Origin: Candidatus Poribacteria bacterium
Lineage (GTDB): Bacteria; Poribacteria; WGA-4E; WGA-3G
Reading direction: 5' to 3'
DNA length: 64,000 nucleotides
Assembly: GCA_965116815.1 (NCBI GenBank)
Contig: OZ220722.1
Coordinates: forward strand, 149,962-213,961
Shown one piece after another: positions 63,027 through 64,000 of this stretch; positions within the stretch are counted from its first letter, which is position 1; each line of letters opens with the position of its first letter. A program made the position numbers and the translations under genes. The notes beneath the pieces are model-generated. The model did not search any database. It had not been told where the DNA came from and saw only the letters and a list, made by a program, of their open reading frames with translations.

Positions 63027-64000
63027 TTAGTCACGTGATTGTTTCAATACACCCCACTGCGTCGCAAACTTACCTTTAGCGGAAATGAACCCTCTCAAGC
63101 GGACCGTAGCTAACGTCTGACGCTCACCCGCCAAGGATACATCTTCAATCTGGTAATAGTAGATGACGTTCGGTTTCGCTGTGGCATCCGTCCATGTGTA
63201 GGTAGTGCTTTCCGCTTTCGTACCTGCCCCCGGAATCAGCTGCGCGTTGACGATCTTGAATTCACCCATCTTCGTTTGACTCCGCAGGATATTGAACCCC
63301 GCGTTGTCCACCTCAGATTGGGTTGTCCACTGGATGACAATTGCGCCGCTCTCGGTGCGTTCCGGACGGAAGTGTGAGAGTTCAACAGGGAGTTCGCCCC
63401 CTGCTCGGATGCCCGGACTACCGTAGTCGGAGCTGCTGCCATACCAAGTGTCAATTCTTTTTCTCGATAGCCACGAGAAATCGGTGTCTGCTGCGCGGAC
63501 CCATCCATCTCGCCGGGTGCCATCGTGTACTATGCCCCTGTTAGTGTACCTCCCGGTTCGCTGGTTATAGTCGCGATACCGCCGAATGATTGAAGTGCGA
63601 CTCGCGTCTTCCGTCCAACCGTCAGGCAATGCCCATGCGGGGGTCAAGGTTCGCCTATTAAGGTTTCCAACCTCATCGGCGGGATTACCTCTCCCATCAA
63701 CGAGCTGGATGTGGAACCCCTGGGTTGGGTGTAAGAAAGGATCGCGCCGGCTATTCATACCAAATTCACGAGCGAGTTCTGAGTAGACGCTGAAGACGCG
63801 GGTAGACACGAAGTGATCTCGTCCAGTCCTTTTGTGAGTAGTATCAGAGTGTCTGCCATTCGATGAGACGATGAGCACCGTTTGGTCCGCCGCGATAGTT
63901 TTTACGCTACCGCTATTTTTAAAATTAATTGTCCGGGGGAACCGATCGTCGTAGTTTTCAATGATGAGCTCCCATCCGCTGCCAGCATCTAAGGCAACGG
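63027..64000 (-). CDS. Secreted/surface protein, N-terminus beyond the window, ending in the TWGxLK tag
   Basis: The frame stays open from 63878 to nt 64000 (no stop). C-terminal beta-rich module ...VELSHFRPERTESGAIVIQWTTQSEVDNAGFNILRS... ends AKGKFATQWGVLKQSRD. Confidence 0.65.
   Translation of the reverse strand, partial: VALDAGSGWELIIENYDDRFPRTINFKNSGSVKTIAADQTVLIVSSNGRHSDTTHKRTGRDHFVSTRVFSVYSELAREFGMNSRRDPFLHPTQGFHIQLVDGRGNPADEVGNLNRRTLTPAWALPDGWTEDASRTSIIRRYRDYNQRTGRYTNRGIVHDGTRRDGWVRAADTDFSWLSRKRIDTWYGSSSDYGSPGIRAGGELPVELSHFRPERTESGAIVIQWTTQSEVDNAGFNILRSQTKMGEFKIVNAQLIPGAGTKAESTTYTWTDATAKPNVIYYYQIEDVSLAGERQTLATVRLRGFISAKGKFATQWGVLKQSRD

Overview
64 kb bacterial, metagenome-like contig, roughly half G+C, about 45 genes, mostly on the minus strand. 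Contents: (i) a five-gene plus-strand envelope cluster (two substrate-binding/OmpA-domain proteins, a vWA protein, a two-TM coiled-coil protein, a 598-aa unknown). (ii) Many signal-peptide proteins: LamG, CBM-like, PD40/TolB-like propellers, WD40, Kelch, an S8 subtilase with FG-GAP repeats, an HExxH protein. (iii) A 23S-5S rRNA operon with only tRNA-Ala(UGC) upstream, no 16S gene, and three tandem near-consensus promoters. (iv) A complete Pup/UBact-type proteasome cluster (mpa, dop, 65-aa modifier ending RTGE, prcB, prcA, pafA) interrupted by a secreted Kelch gene. (v) A dihaem (2x CxxCH) protein + WD40 + DUF1501 trio. (vi) An A-B-A-B segmental duplication of beta-lactamase-family serine hydrolases. 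(vii) An IS607-type element (serine-recombinase TnpA + TnpB). (viii) Housekeeping enzymes (acyl-CoA ligase, lipid kinase, ABC-2 exporter, ThuA-like, aldose epimerase, Gfo/Idh/MocA, SDR). The strongest unexplained signals: a short C-terminal motif (K-L-x-T-T-W-G-x-L-K) shared by seven unrelated secreted proteins. At least five families of hairpin or MITE-like repeats fill almost every intergenic gap; one has a target-site duplication plus a paralogous empty site, and one lies in frame inside a lipid kinase gene. The TnpB keeps its RuvC D/E/D residues but has lost all four zinc-finger cysteines. The gene content might fit a PVC/FCB-related candidate phylum (Poribacteria-like), but I could not test that. 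All family assignments come from reading motifs by eye; no searches were run.
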